Below the pieces are notes generated by a model. That model was given only the letters and a program-made list of their open reading frames with translations. It did not search any database and was not told the origin of the DNA. A program made the translations under genes and the position numbers. Of a DNA stretch of 64,000 bases, positions 33,987-49,299 are shown in pieces (the stretch's first letter is position 1; every line of letters starts with the position of its first letter). Source of the stretch: the human T2T-CHM13v2.0 reference genome, Homo sapiens; NCBI RefSeq assembly GCF_009914755.1, contig NC_060935.1. One strand, given 5' to 3'.

Positions 33987-34362
33987 TGTATTAGTCTGTT
34001 CTCACACTGCTAATAAAGACATACCTGAGACTGGGTAATTTATAAAGGAAAGAGGTTTAATTGACTCACAGTTTAGCATGGCTAGGGAGGTCTCAGGAAA
34101 CTTACAGTTATGGTGGAAGGGGAAGCAACCACATCCTTCTTCACATGGTGGCAGGAAGGGGAAAAATGAGAGCTGAGCAGAGGGAAGCCCCTTATCAAAC
34201 CATCAGAACTTGTGAGAACTTACTCACTATCACGAGATTAGCATGGGGCAAACTGCCCCCATAATTCTATTACCTCCCACCAGGTCACTCCCACCACACA
34301 TGGGGATTATGGGAACCACAGTTCAAGATGAGATTTGGGTGGGGACACAGCCAAACCATACA
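33987..34362 (-). mobile_element. THE1 (MaLR) solo LTR
   Basis: Minus strand TGTATGGTTTGGCTGTGTCCCC...GAACAGACTAATACA; 5-bp TSD GGCAC. Confidence 0.93.
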
Positions 34363-34716
34363 GGCACTTTTTTATCCATTCCCAACCACAAAGAATTTTC
34401 TGCTTCCTGTAGAATTAAAAGACAATTTTTACGGAGAGGATACAAAGATCCTCCTAGACAAAGCCTCCTGGGCATAATACTCCTAGTTAGGAGATTTATG
34501 CAGATAGATATATATTTTTAAAAGTTTTACCAGCCATCTTAGAACAAATTACTAGAAGGCCACAAAAAGCACTGCAGCACCACAAAAGTATCTAAATTCC
34601 TTAGCTTAAAAGGTTATAGTAATGCTTATGTTTTGCTATAAGTTAATTGCTATAAGTCTATAACTAAAACCAAGATTACAGTAGCTCAACACATAGAAAT
34701 TAAAGATAGATAAAGT

Positions 34717-35590
34717 TATTGCGGGATCTGGCCAGCAGCCCGCAATGCAATGGGGCTCTCTCTTTGTTCCCAGGCAGATTGGCAGGTCGAAAAATAATAA
34801 ACACACACAAGATAGTGAAAGCTGGGTCCGGGGGGGTCACTGCCTTCTGGTCCTGCAGTGCCAACAATGCACTGGATATACCAGCATTTATTATTAAGTT
34901 TAGTGAGGGCGGGGGTAGGTTAGTGCGGGATTTAGGGTCATTTGATTATGAGGTGAGATGGTCACATGGGGATGAAGTAATTCTTTAACATAACATCTGT
35001 ATGCAGAAGTACAGTATACAGGGATAAGAATTTATAATATAGCGTGTGCATCAGTAATTTCTAACAGAGCCTAAAAACAGAAACACAGGCTTTCCATAAC
35101 CTATGATTAGCAAGATATTAATCAGCGGTAACAGTTGCAGCAAAAGCTGGTTACAAACAATCTGTAGAAACAGGACGTGAAGCTAGACAACCGGTTAGAC
35201 CAGAAATTCTCAGAAGGGAGTGTGCCTTAACCCTAAAGAGGCCTAGAAGAGCCATGGCAAGATGAGGGCATTTTTAGCCCTATCTTATCCATATGGACAG
35301 GGGCCCCTCATGTGTCCATTTATAGGCTCTCTACAAGGGTCGCATTCCATTCCCAGAGCTATGAACATCTGCTTTTCTGGGATAGGAATCTTGGTGATGT
35401 GAAACCTCCCTGACTGCATGTCCATTCATAGGCTCTCTGCCGGGGGAAGCACATCACGCGCTGTTGGCTCATTCTGGCAGTCCAACCTGGCATTGTCTTT
35501 ACACAATCCTGCATGCAACTTTGTGTTTACAATAATCAGGAGCATTTCATCTTTTATTCTGTAGCAATAGTTTCAAGGGGTCTCCTTACA
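34717..35590 (-). mobile_element. Solo betaretroviral LTR, MER11D-like (HML-7)
   Basis: Minus strand TGTAAGGAGACCCCTTGAAACTATTGC...GGCCAGATCCCGCAATA; 6-bp TSD TAAAGT. Confidence 0.75.
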
Positions 35591-35624
35591 TAAAGTCAAT
35601 TTTATAACCTCACCTTTGGCTTTT

Positions 35625-36278
<654 letters not shown>

Positions 36279-36593
36279 CTATGTCTCTTGGCCATATGTA
36301 GTCCCACCAAGGGACAGGATGGACCTGGGGCAGGCAGCCTTGCTGCCCTGGCAATGCCAGGGAATAAAATAAAAGTTTTGGTGGCCATTGATGTTGCCTC
36401 TGGCAAATCTTGGCCAGAAGGGGAAGACAATAAACCAGAAATAAAATTCTAAAACACCCAACCATCTAAATTGACCCCTCCTCTCAGCCAAGGGCATTCT
36501 AACCTTAACCTGAAAAACTATTTCAGGCCAAGATGGGAAGCAGGGGCCAGACATGCCTCGTTATACCCTCCTCCCTTTTGGACTTACTGATAG

Positions 36594-37076
<483 letters not shown>

Positions 37077-37430
37077 TAGTTATTTACAGAATTCGCTTTC
37101 CCTTTAAACATTTTGACTGTAGCCATTATGATGTCCTAGTATCAATTAGTTATTTTGGTTTTGTGGTTTTTTTTTTACTATTTTTCATTTTTAAAAACTG
37201 GGTTTACAAATAAAGATTGAATATAGTCAAGATGTGCCATGCAATGATTTGATACATATACATGGTGTATAGTTATTTTTTTTCCTACTCAGCCTCGTCA
37301 GATGTTGGCCAATATTGGTCTCAGCACTGTGAGAGGCAGAGGCGGGTGATCACCTGAGGTCAGGAGTTTGAGACCAGCCTGGCTAACATGGCGAAACCCC
37401 ATTTCTACTAAAAAAAAAATACAAAAATTA

Positions 37431-37601
<171 letters not shown>

Positions 37602-37739
37602 CTATTTTGTTGATCTTGTCTCTTATGCTTTGTTCTCTATTTCATATATTTTTGCTCTAATTATTCCTTTATTTTCTTAGATTTACTCTGTAGCTTTTTA
37701 AAATCATCTTATTGTTTACAATTAATTGTAGTTCTTTGA

Positions 37740-38010
<271 letters not shown>

Positions 38011-38043
38011 TGAAGTGCTGGAATTACAGGCATGAGCCTGTAA

Positions 38044-38422
<379 letters not shown>

Positions 38423-38436
38423 TGATTTCACCATAC

Positions 38437-39602
38437 TGTAGCGGGATTGATAAGGAATCAGAGAGACCAACGGGGTTGAGAAGGATATTTATTATTTAGG
38501 TGTACTGGCCCAGTCAGATTAATATCCAAAGGACTGAGCCCTGAACAAAGAGTTAAGTTACCTTTTAAGGTAGATCTGTGCAGGGGGAAGCATATTACAG
38601 AAGTGAGAAAAAAAGACAGTTATTTAATTAATTGAGACATGCATTATATCATTTCTTACTTTTCAAGGAAAAACATGTTTTACAACTTGAGTTTATCTGT
38701 CTAGTGACCTTGCAGCTGCACAGCTAGAGAAACGGTCTTCACAATGCCTGGGAAAGGGGAAGAGATGAGGCTCCCTAGCCACAGAAAAACAGGCAGTTAA
38801 TTTTTAAAGGACTCCAGCTCTTTCTCTTTCTCAGGGGGAACTGTGTTTTCTTATATGTAACTGAGTTTTTGCTTACACGTTCTTTAATTTCTTTTAATTC
38901 CTGTTTCATTTTCCCATCTTTGGTGCTTTTTATAACAAAGGTGTTAATAGAAAGCACCACTATTTGCCACCTCTTCGTGGAGCTGAGCTGCTTCTTCTAC
39001 TGGCAGTGGCTGATATTTGGTTAATGCCATCAACTGCACGGTAGTGAGTCAGGTTACTATTGCCTCTATAGTTGACTGAATACTCTTAATAAGCAGCGGT
39101 AAAAGGCAAGAGAGGATGAGGCAGATGCCAAGAATAAGTAAGAACCCACCAATGAGGGTTTTGAATTTTCCAAAAGTTGAGAACCATCCTCCAAACAAGG
39201 AATCCGGGGACCACCCGGACCATGTCTGAACTTGAACATGGGCCAGCTTGCGCATTTCAGCTGTGATTTCCATGACAGCTCGGCCATTATTATCGATTTC
39301 TAGGCAAAGGTTGGTTAAACTAAATTTTCCACATACTCCTCCTTCTGAGACTAAGAGGTAACCTAAAGCCAATCTATTTTGATATATAGCATTTCTCATT
39401 TGTGTTGCTTGTATTGCTAGTAAATCTAGTGCCCTTGACGTTTCATTGGTTATAATTTCTTTGTAATTTCTAGGACTGCCTGCAACCTTATGATGTGGTT
39501 GAGCATATAGATGGGGGTATGTTACCCCATGCGCCCAGGTAGCTGGCCCATAATATTTAATGATTCTTTCAGGAGGCCATTTATTATCTTTCCTGTTTTC
39601 TA
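38437..39602 (-). mobile_element. Collapsed HERV-E/Harlequin-like provirus: env TM fragment (39602-38909) plus 3' LTR (LTR2B-like, 38908-38437), inserted in an Alu
   Basis: Peptides [16 protein letters not shown] and [26 protein letters not shown] (immunosuppressive-domain region); polypurine tract; TG...CA LTR; TSD ATAC. Confidence 0.85.
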
Positions 39603-39837
39603 ATACTGGTCAGGCTAGTCTCGAACTGATTTTCTTATATAAATATTTAGAGAGATATATTTTCCTCTAGGCATCATATCACTCCACTCCACAAGTTTTT
39701 GATATTTTCATTATTGTTTAATATTAACATTTGCTAATTTCCTTTATAATTTCTTAGTTAATCTATACATTATGTAGCAGCATATTTTTTGCCTTTCAAA
39801 TGTATGGCTGCTGATATTGTTTTATTATCCATTTTAA

Positions 39838-40209
<372 letters not shown>

Positions 40210-40289
40210 TAAGACTTGCTTTGGTGCATGGTATGTGATCAATTTTATGACTGTTTCATGTGTGCTCAAAAGCACATGCCTCCTTCTGC

Positions 40290-40352
<63 letters not shown>

Positions 40353-40517
40353 TTCCATTAGCTCAATTTTGCTAATTCTGTTGTTCAAATCTTTTATCAT
40401 ATTACTATTTTGCCAGTTTGACCTATTTGTTTCTGAAGGAAGCGTGGATTGGGCAAATTTTCCTCCTAATTCTGTCCATGTTTTATTTCTATATTTTGAG
40501 GACATGCTGTTAGGTAG

Positions 40518-41246
<729 letters not shown>

Positions 41247-41271
41247 GTATTTGTGAGGGCTCTGATTTTTT

Positions 41272-42157
<886 letters not shown>

Positions 42158-42174
42158 GAGTGTTGGAGTGTTGG

Positions 42175-42650
42175 AGTGTTGAAAAAGCCCCCAAGGGCCA
42201 TCCAGCCTCCATCTTCTGACACCACTTTTGCTTCGTGGCTCTCAAGACAAGGGGAAAATTTAGTGTTTCTTAGAAACTTAACAGGATGCGGTAAGGTCAG
42301 GCACTTCCAAGAGCTGACCCATCAGTCAGCCCTTACTCATCCCCAAGCAGAGGTATAGTGGTATTGTGGAGGGCCTTTGCTGGACACTCTGCCAAATAAT
42401 TGGACCTTACTTGTACTCTAGTTGAACTGGCTATCCCTTTTACCCTGGCAATTCATCAACCAGAAAAACAACAACAACAACAAAAAACACGACATCGTAA
42501 AACAAGAGAAGCCAGTCTTGGGTCCTTTGACCCCCATGTTTATTTAGATGGAACTAGCATTCCACAAGGTATACCAAATAAATTCAAAGCTAGAGATCAA
42601 ATAGCCACGGGGTTCAAATCCCTCCTCCCACAAATAACAATAAAAACATA
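42175..42650 (+). mobile_element. HERV-I-type env fragment (SU/TM junction), inverted relative to the adjacent gag-pol
   Basis: WYCGGPLLDTLPNNW, TCTLVELAIPFTLA, furin-like RHRKTR, GSFDPHVYLD...KFKARDQIATGF. Confidence 0.8.
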
Positions 42651-45600
42651 GGGACATCAGCAGAAGAATGTAAGTAGGGTAATCTATACATTTTATAAGG
42701 GGACAATCCAACATCTTTCCTAGGGGCAGTTTTAATTTTTAATAAAGCAATAGGAAGACGTTTAGTTCATGGCAAGCAAGTCATTAGGACTGATTTAGTT
42801 ACATGATTTTTAAGAGTTTGATTTATCCTTTTTACTCCTCCCGAAGAGGATGGATGCCAAGGAATGTGATATTCCCACTTTATGTCTAGTACTTAGGGCA
42901 GTACTAGATAATAACACGTGCAGTAAAATGGGTTTCATTGTGTGAATTAATATTTTTTATTAATCTAAACCTAGGTACAATATGTTTAATTAAGGCTTTG
43001 ACTGCATTACTGGCAGTTACACTTGAAAAAACAATGGCTTTTACCCAGTGGGTAAAATGATCTACTATTACTAATAAATATTTTAGGCCACCAATTGGGG
43101 GCATTTTACTATAGTTAATTGGAACACTTTGAAATGGCCATCGTCCTGGATTTTTTCCTCTAAGGGGTAACTTTTTTTAAGGCTTGTTTATTTGTGTGTT
43201 TTTTTTTTTTTTTTTTGCAAATTAAATAACTGTAACTTGTTTGGCTAAAGTATAAACTTTAATGCATCCATAAACAGAACTGCATCACACATAGCTTGGG
43301 GATCCTAATTACTTCCCTGATGTAGTTGGGACAAAATTTCTCTTATAAGATGCTTGGATAACATTTCTCTTTGATCTGGAAGTATCCATCTTCCTTTTGA
43401 ATTTTTTTTGAGCTCTAATCTTTTCTAACTTTTTCGTCTTGAGAGAAAATAGGAACTACAATAGGAGAAGGGAGACAAGGGGTTAAATGAAAAATGCACG
43501 TCTCAGAAACAGCAGCCTGCTTTGCTATTTGGTCTGCAAGATTGTTTCCTCGACTTTTAAAAGAAAAGTTAGGTTGGTGTCCTGGAACATGGACAATGGC
43601 TATTTCTTCAGGTAACTGAAGATTATTAAAAACATGAACAATTAGTGTTTCACGAGGAAGTTCTTTACCTTTACTGTTAATTAGTCCTTGCTTAGCCCCA
43701 ATTTTCCCAAATGTATGAGATACCCCAAAGGCATATTTAGAGTCAGTATAGATGGTTTTTACCTGGTTCTGTAAATATTTTAGGGCGTGACTGTGAATAA
43801 CTCGCAAGGTTGGGCAGACTAACTATTTGATAATCTTCCTGATTTTACTTCTTTTAAGATCTTCCTATAATTATAGCATATCCATTATGTCATGTCCCTT
43901 CAATTACCCGGGAGGAGACATCTATAAATAGATGTCGCTCTGTTTTAAAAGGGGTCTCTACTAAATCTGGCCTAACTTTTGTATGATAGTCAATTAAATC
44001 TAACCACAAATGTTCTTTTTTTGAGCAGTAGGTTTCCTGTTAAGAAGCTTGCTGGATTTCAGGAATTATCTGTTAAATCATCTTTTTTTTTAATAGAATA
44101 GCCTCATATTTTAAGATTCTAGAATCAGTAAGCCATCTCCCAGCTTTTTGGTTTAGGATCACCTTAACTTGGTGAGGGGTGCTCACTGTTAGGTACCCTT
44201 CAAAAGTTAATTTCTTACTTTCTTCAACTAGTATTGCTGTGGCTGCTAGAGACTGAATACACGGAGGCCATCTACTGGCAACTGGATCTAATGCTTTTGA
44301 TAGAAAGGCTACTGGTTGTTGACCGCCTCCATGTTCTTTAGTGACCACCCTACTCTATTGTCTACATTCACAAAAAGATGACATGATTTTCTGAAGAGGG
44401 TAAGGCTAGGATGGGAGCAGTGATGAGTCTTTCTTTTAATTTCTCCACTTGATTAACTTCTTTAGAAGTCCATATAAGGGGATGCGTTTCCTCTTTAGTT
44501 AATTTCTTATATAAGAGCTTACTTTTTAATGCATATGAGTCCATCCATAAACGACAGTACCCAACTAATCCCAGGAATTTTTTAAGTTCTTGTTTGGTTC
44601 GGGGCAAGGGTAGAGACACGATTTTCTCAATTTTTGGGGGTCTTATTTTTCTTTTATCTGCACTTATTAAATGGCCTAGATATTTAACTTTAGGTTCTAC
44701 ATATTGAAGCTTTTCTTTTGAAACCCATAACCCTTTATCTTGTAGGTGGTTAAGAACTTTTGTAGAAAGTCCAGCTACCTTTTCTATCTCTTCCTTAGAT
44801 GTAAGAATATTATCTACATATTGAAGAAAGCATAACTGTTTTGGGACAATAATTTTTTTTAAATAATTGACAAAAAAGATTGGGAAAATCTGTAAATCCT
44901 TGGGGTAAAAACTGTCCACCTGTATTGTTGCTTTTGCCTAAATAGGGGTCCTCCCACTCAAAGGCAAATATATTTTGGCTGTCTTTAGCCAAAGGACATG
45001 CCTAAAATGTATCTTTTAAGTCTATTACTGTGAACCACTGATGACTATATGGAATTTTACTAAGAATAGTGTAGGGGTTAGGCCCAACAGGATGAGTGGT
45101 TTGAACTATTTGATTGATAGCTCTAAGATTTTGCACTAATTGGTATGATTCATCTGATTTTTTTGACTGGTAACATTGGAGTATTGTATGGAGACATAGA
45201 AGGTTCAATAGCCCATCTTTAATAAGTCTTTTGATTACAGGCTTTAACCCTATTCTTCCTTCTAAAGGAATAGGGTATTGCTTTCTTTTTACTATTTCCC
45301 CTGGAGTCTTTAACTGAACATGTGTTGGAGGAATCTGTAAATTTCCCTGATTACCTTCCCTTGACCAGACAGCTGGATGAATGTATTTTTTATCTGCTAT
45401 AGCTAACAAATTTAAAGAGGTTAGGAAACCTTTTGGACTAACTTGTAAACCTATACCTAACTTTAACGTTAAATCTCTTTCTAACAAATTGGCTTTTGCT
45501 TTAGGAATTAATAAAAATTGTATATAAACTAATCAATTTATATATTTAACTTCTGTATTTTCTAAAACTTTTGCCTTGAATCCTTCCCCTTTAACCCCAG

Positions 45601-48498
45601 AAACTGTTAATTCCTTTGGGGAACAAACTAAATGAGCTGAAGGAAAACAGACAGGTGAATGGGCTTCTCCTGAGTCGACTAAAAAGGTGATTAATTTATG
45701 TCTGGGTCCCACCTCTAAATTTATCAAGGGCTCTTGGTGGGACTCAAAATAGAAAAGTCAGAGCCCCTGACCCCCCTATTCTTCTTTAAAAGTGGTCACA
45801 AGTCGGGGAGCTTTTTCTGCCTTTTCTAACTTGGGACATTCCCTTTTAAAACGACCTGGTCTCCCGCATCTGTAACATCTGTCTTTTCCTTCCTCCCTAC
45901 CAAGCCCAAAGCTTCTTTGCTTCTCCTCTTTATTTTCACATCCACAGCTCCTATGACACTTACTTTGACATTTTTTTCTAAAATGCTGACCTGGCCGGGC
46001 GCGATGGCTCACACCTGTAATCCCAGCACTTTGGGAGGCCGAGGCGGGCAGATCACGAGGTCAGGAGATCCAGACCGTCCTGGCTAACACGTGAAACCCC
46101 GTCTCTACTAAAAATACAAAAAATTAGCTGGGTGTGGTGGCGTGCGCCTGTGGTCCCAGCTACTCAGGAGGCTGAGGCAGGAGAATGGCGTGAACCTGGG
46201 AGGCGGAGCTAGCCGAGATCGCACCACTGCACTCCAGCCTGGGTGACAGAGTGAGACTCCATCTCAAAATAAATAAATAAATTAATAAATTAATAAATTA
46301 GTTTAAAAAAATAAATACTGACCTTGCCTTCTTTTTTTGTTTTGCATTTTTGAATTCCTAAACTTTTCCCTTTTGCCTCCCCTAGAGAATTTTATAGGCC
46401 CAGGTCTAGATCTGGTCTCTGGCATCGTCTGCCAGAGACTAGTGAATTTTGCCAAAAGATTTTTGCTTTTTGCCTTTGTCTTTCCTTATTTTTTTACATA
46501 TAGTTTTTGAGCCTTTTTAAATAACTTTTTTATTGATTTTTTAAATTTTCTAATTTTTGTAACTTTTTAGTAATGTCTGGCCAACTGTGAGTAACAAAGT
46601 GCAGTTTTAACATTCCTTGCCCAAGAGGGCTTTCTGGGTCTAAGTTAGCATTTTTTTTATTTGTTCTTTTAATTTATCTATGAACCTCATAGGTCCTTCA
46701 TCTTTCTTTTGTTGGACATTAAATGCTTTGGAAAGGTTTTGGGGTCTGGGTGCTGACTTTTGAATCCCCCTGATTATTATTTTTTAAAAAATTCCTTATA
46801 TTATTTCGGTGGGCAGCATTATTTTATCCCACTGCGGGTCCTGAGCAGGGAATTTATGATTTGCTGCCAGAACATTTTGACCTGGAGGATGTTTACGTTC
46901 CCAGATCGTATTTCTTTTTTTCCTTGAAAAAATAATACCTAGGATGCACACTGATTCAGCCCAAGTATATAACTGTGGGCCTAAAAACTGATCAATTTGA
47001 TCTGCCACCCTGTTAGGATTATTTAACAGTGGCTTTAGTTCTCTTTTTATACTCCAAACTTCAGACCCAGTAAGGGGAGCATCCACAAAACCAATAGCTT
47101 CTCCTCCTTGGGGAACTTTCCTTAAAGGAAAGAATGTTGAAGTTAACTTTTTTGGGGGGCAGGAAAAGGGAAATTCTGAATATCCTTCTTACATTGTTTT
47201 AATTTTTGTTGGAGTCTTTTCTTTAAAGAAGGATATTTAGAATTTTTAGGCTCCTGGGATTCACAAGAATCTGGGTTATATGGGGGAGGCCTGGAGTGGC
47301 AGGGGGGCCTGGAGTGGCAGCTGGGTCAGGGATCAGGTCCAGAAGGGGATCTAGGACAGCAGCAGCTACCTGGGGAGGTGTCGGCAGGTTATTAAGAAAC
47401 GGGGGAAGGTGGTCTAGAGGGTCCTATCTCTTATTAGATAAGGCCATTTTTGACTGTTTTTTATTTTCTAGTCCCCCTTTGATCGTTTTTAAAGGATAAA
47501 GAATAATATAGGCCCTTGCCGCTAGCACAAAGCATAATCAATTTTTCTTGTGACACAGGACTTTTGCTATAAACATATATTATTAAAAGTTGACAGATTT
47601 AATCTTTATCTGACCTAAATTTTGACCAAAAAACCGCTGGCTTGAGAATTGGCTTTTTAGTCCAAATAAAGCAACAATACTTAATTATCTGCTGCTTTTT
47701 TTTAATTTAGTTTTTTTATTATCTTTCCAATACTTTAACATGAGCCTTAAAGGACTATCGGGAGGGATTTGATAACTTGCATCTTTTTTTGCCCCCGATT
47801 TACTAGAAACCTTTCCCATATTGAATATCAGGTAGACTTAACCTCTTAATCCTGGAGATTTCTTGTCTATCCTGTTTTTTCCTGGCTTGCTTATATTTTT
47901 AACCTTACGTGCTTGAGGTTTCGTTTTCCCTGAGGAGGATTTAACTCCTCTTTTTCTTTCTGGAGGCTTTTTACACTCTTCACTCGCTTTGTCCTACCTG
48001 GCCACTTTCCTCACGGGAATTTAGGCCCCTCTTAGCATTGGCGTGCCGGTATAAACCCCAAGGCAAGATCCGCCTTAAGCCGTATGAGGTAGCCACGGAA
48101 CCGCAGGCAAGACTCACTCGCTCGGTCCAGCAGTAGGACTTATCATGATTTACACAAGCAACACCAGCTGCAGTGAGGCTTGTGACTATTCACACACACT
48201 TTTAACCTCCAGAATATCCCGACCACCAAGCAAGTACTTTGTCGCACCCTTGCGACGTTTCTTTACTTTGCTCTGTGAACAGAGTTTATCTGGTCCCCGA
48301 GGCAGTGCAATGCAAGCCTATTCGCCGTTTTCCACGTTGCTGAGGGTCCGGGTTTATTCATCACAACAGGTAAGTCCGGATTCCCAGTCCCTGAGGCCAC
48401 CGCAGTAAGGCAGTGGGGCGCCTCCCCTTGGTGGGGGGGCGGGAATCAGAGACCCCGACCCGAAGGAGACTGGGTGATCCCAGACGAGCCCCCAAGAC
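42651..48498 (-). mobile_element. HERV-IP10-like provirus internal region: leader, gag (ATG 47819 to TAG 45776), protease, RT, RNase H, integrase; defective; AluY at ~45993-46315
   Basis: Zinc knuckle [14 protein letters not shown], protease FLVDSG, LPQGF, YVDN, IYTDSKYAFG, integrase core; tRNA-Pro PBS TGGGGGCTCGTCTGGGAT at 48494-48477. Confidence 0.9.
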
Positions 48499-49119
48499 TG
48501 TTAGAAATAAATCCTTATTCCCCGATGTCACAAAGAAGAATCAGCAGACGAAAAGCTTCCTCAGCAAGGTGATTTTTACCTTCTGCAGAAAGAGTGCTGC
48601 CCGTCCGCAATCCTGCCACGATCGCATACAAAATAAAAAAGGCACTAGAATATTTATCCCTTACGCATGAGGTCCCTATTGCCATGTCACTGGCTGGAGC
48701 CAGACCTTACCACCTAAACTAAAACCCGATTGGCTAACAGTTTAAACTTTTTTAAATAGGTAAAGGCAGGGAGGAACGAAGGAAAAAAAGGAAGTTGCTT
48801 AGGAAAGGACTTAGAAAAGTAATAATATTCCCAAATAAGGGAGGAGTGTACGCTGCAATCTGGGAAATGCCTGGACACGTCCAGCACGAATATTTTGACT
48901 AAGGTACAAGGACGTAGAATGTACTACGTGCCTGTGAGCATGTTTAACATAGATATTGAAGTCAGAGTATGCTTATTCTGTTACATTTGCTACATAAGGC
49001 ATAACAGAGAGGTATTACTATAAAATAAGAAACTTGAAGAAAGTTAGTTCTGAGAAAAGATATCAATAACATTTATGATTTAAAGGGGAAGCTTTGAAGA
49101 GGAACCTTTGCTTTCTACA
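48499..49119 (-). mobile_element. 5' LTR (LTR10-like) of the HERV-IP10 provirus
   Basis: Minus strand TGTAGAAAGCAAAGGTTCCTCTTCAAAG...TTTCTAACA, followed directly by the PBS. Confidence 0.85.
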
Positions 49120-49299
49120 GTCAAGGTCTCACTAAGTTGCCCAGGCTGGTCTTGATCTGCCCGCTGTGGCCTCCTAAAGTCTGGGATTGCAGGCATGAGC
49201 CACTGTGCCTGGCCCTTCCTTTTGGAAGCCCGGTTTGAATACTGCCCTCTTGTTTTTAGCTATTTGTTATGGCAGCAACCCACCTGCAATACAAAAATC

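Noticed and set aside
39049-39399. 116-aa env TM ORF as a syncytin- or suppressyn-like gene
   Set aside because: No signal peptide or promoter LTR, mutated immunosuppressive/Cys motif, and a premature stop.
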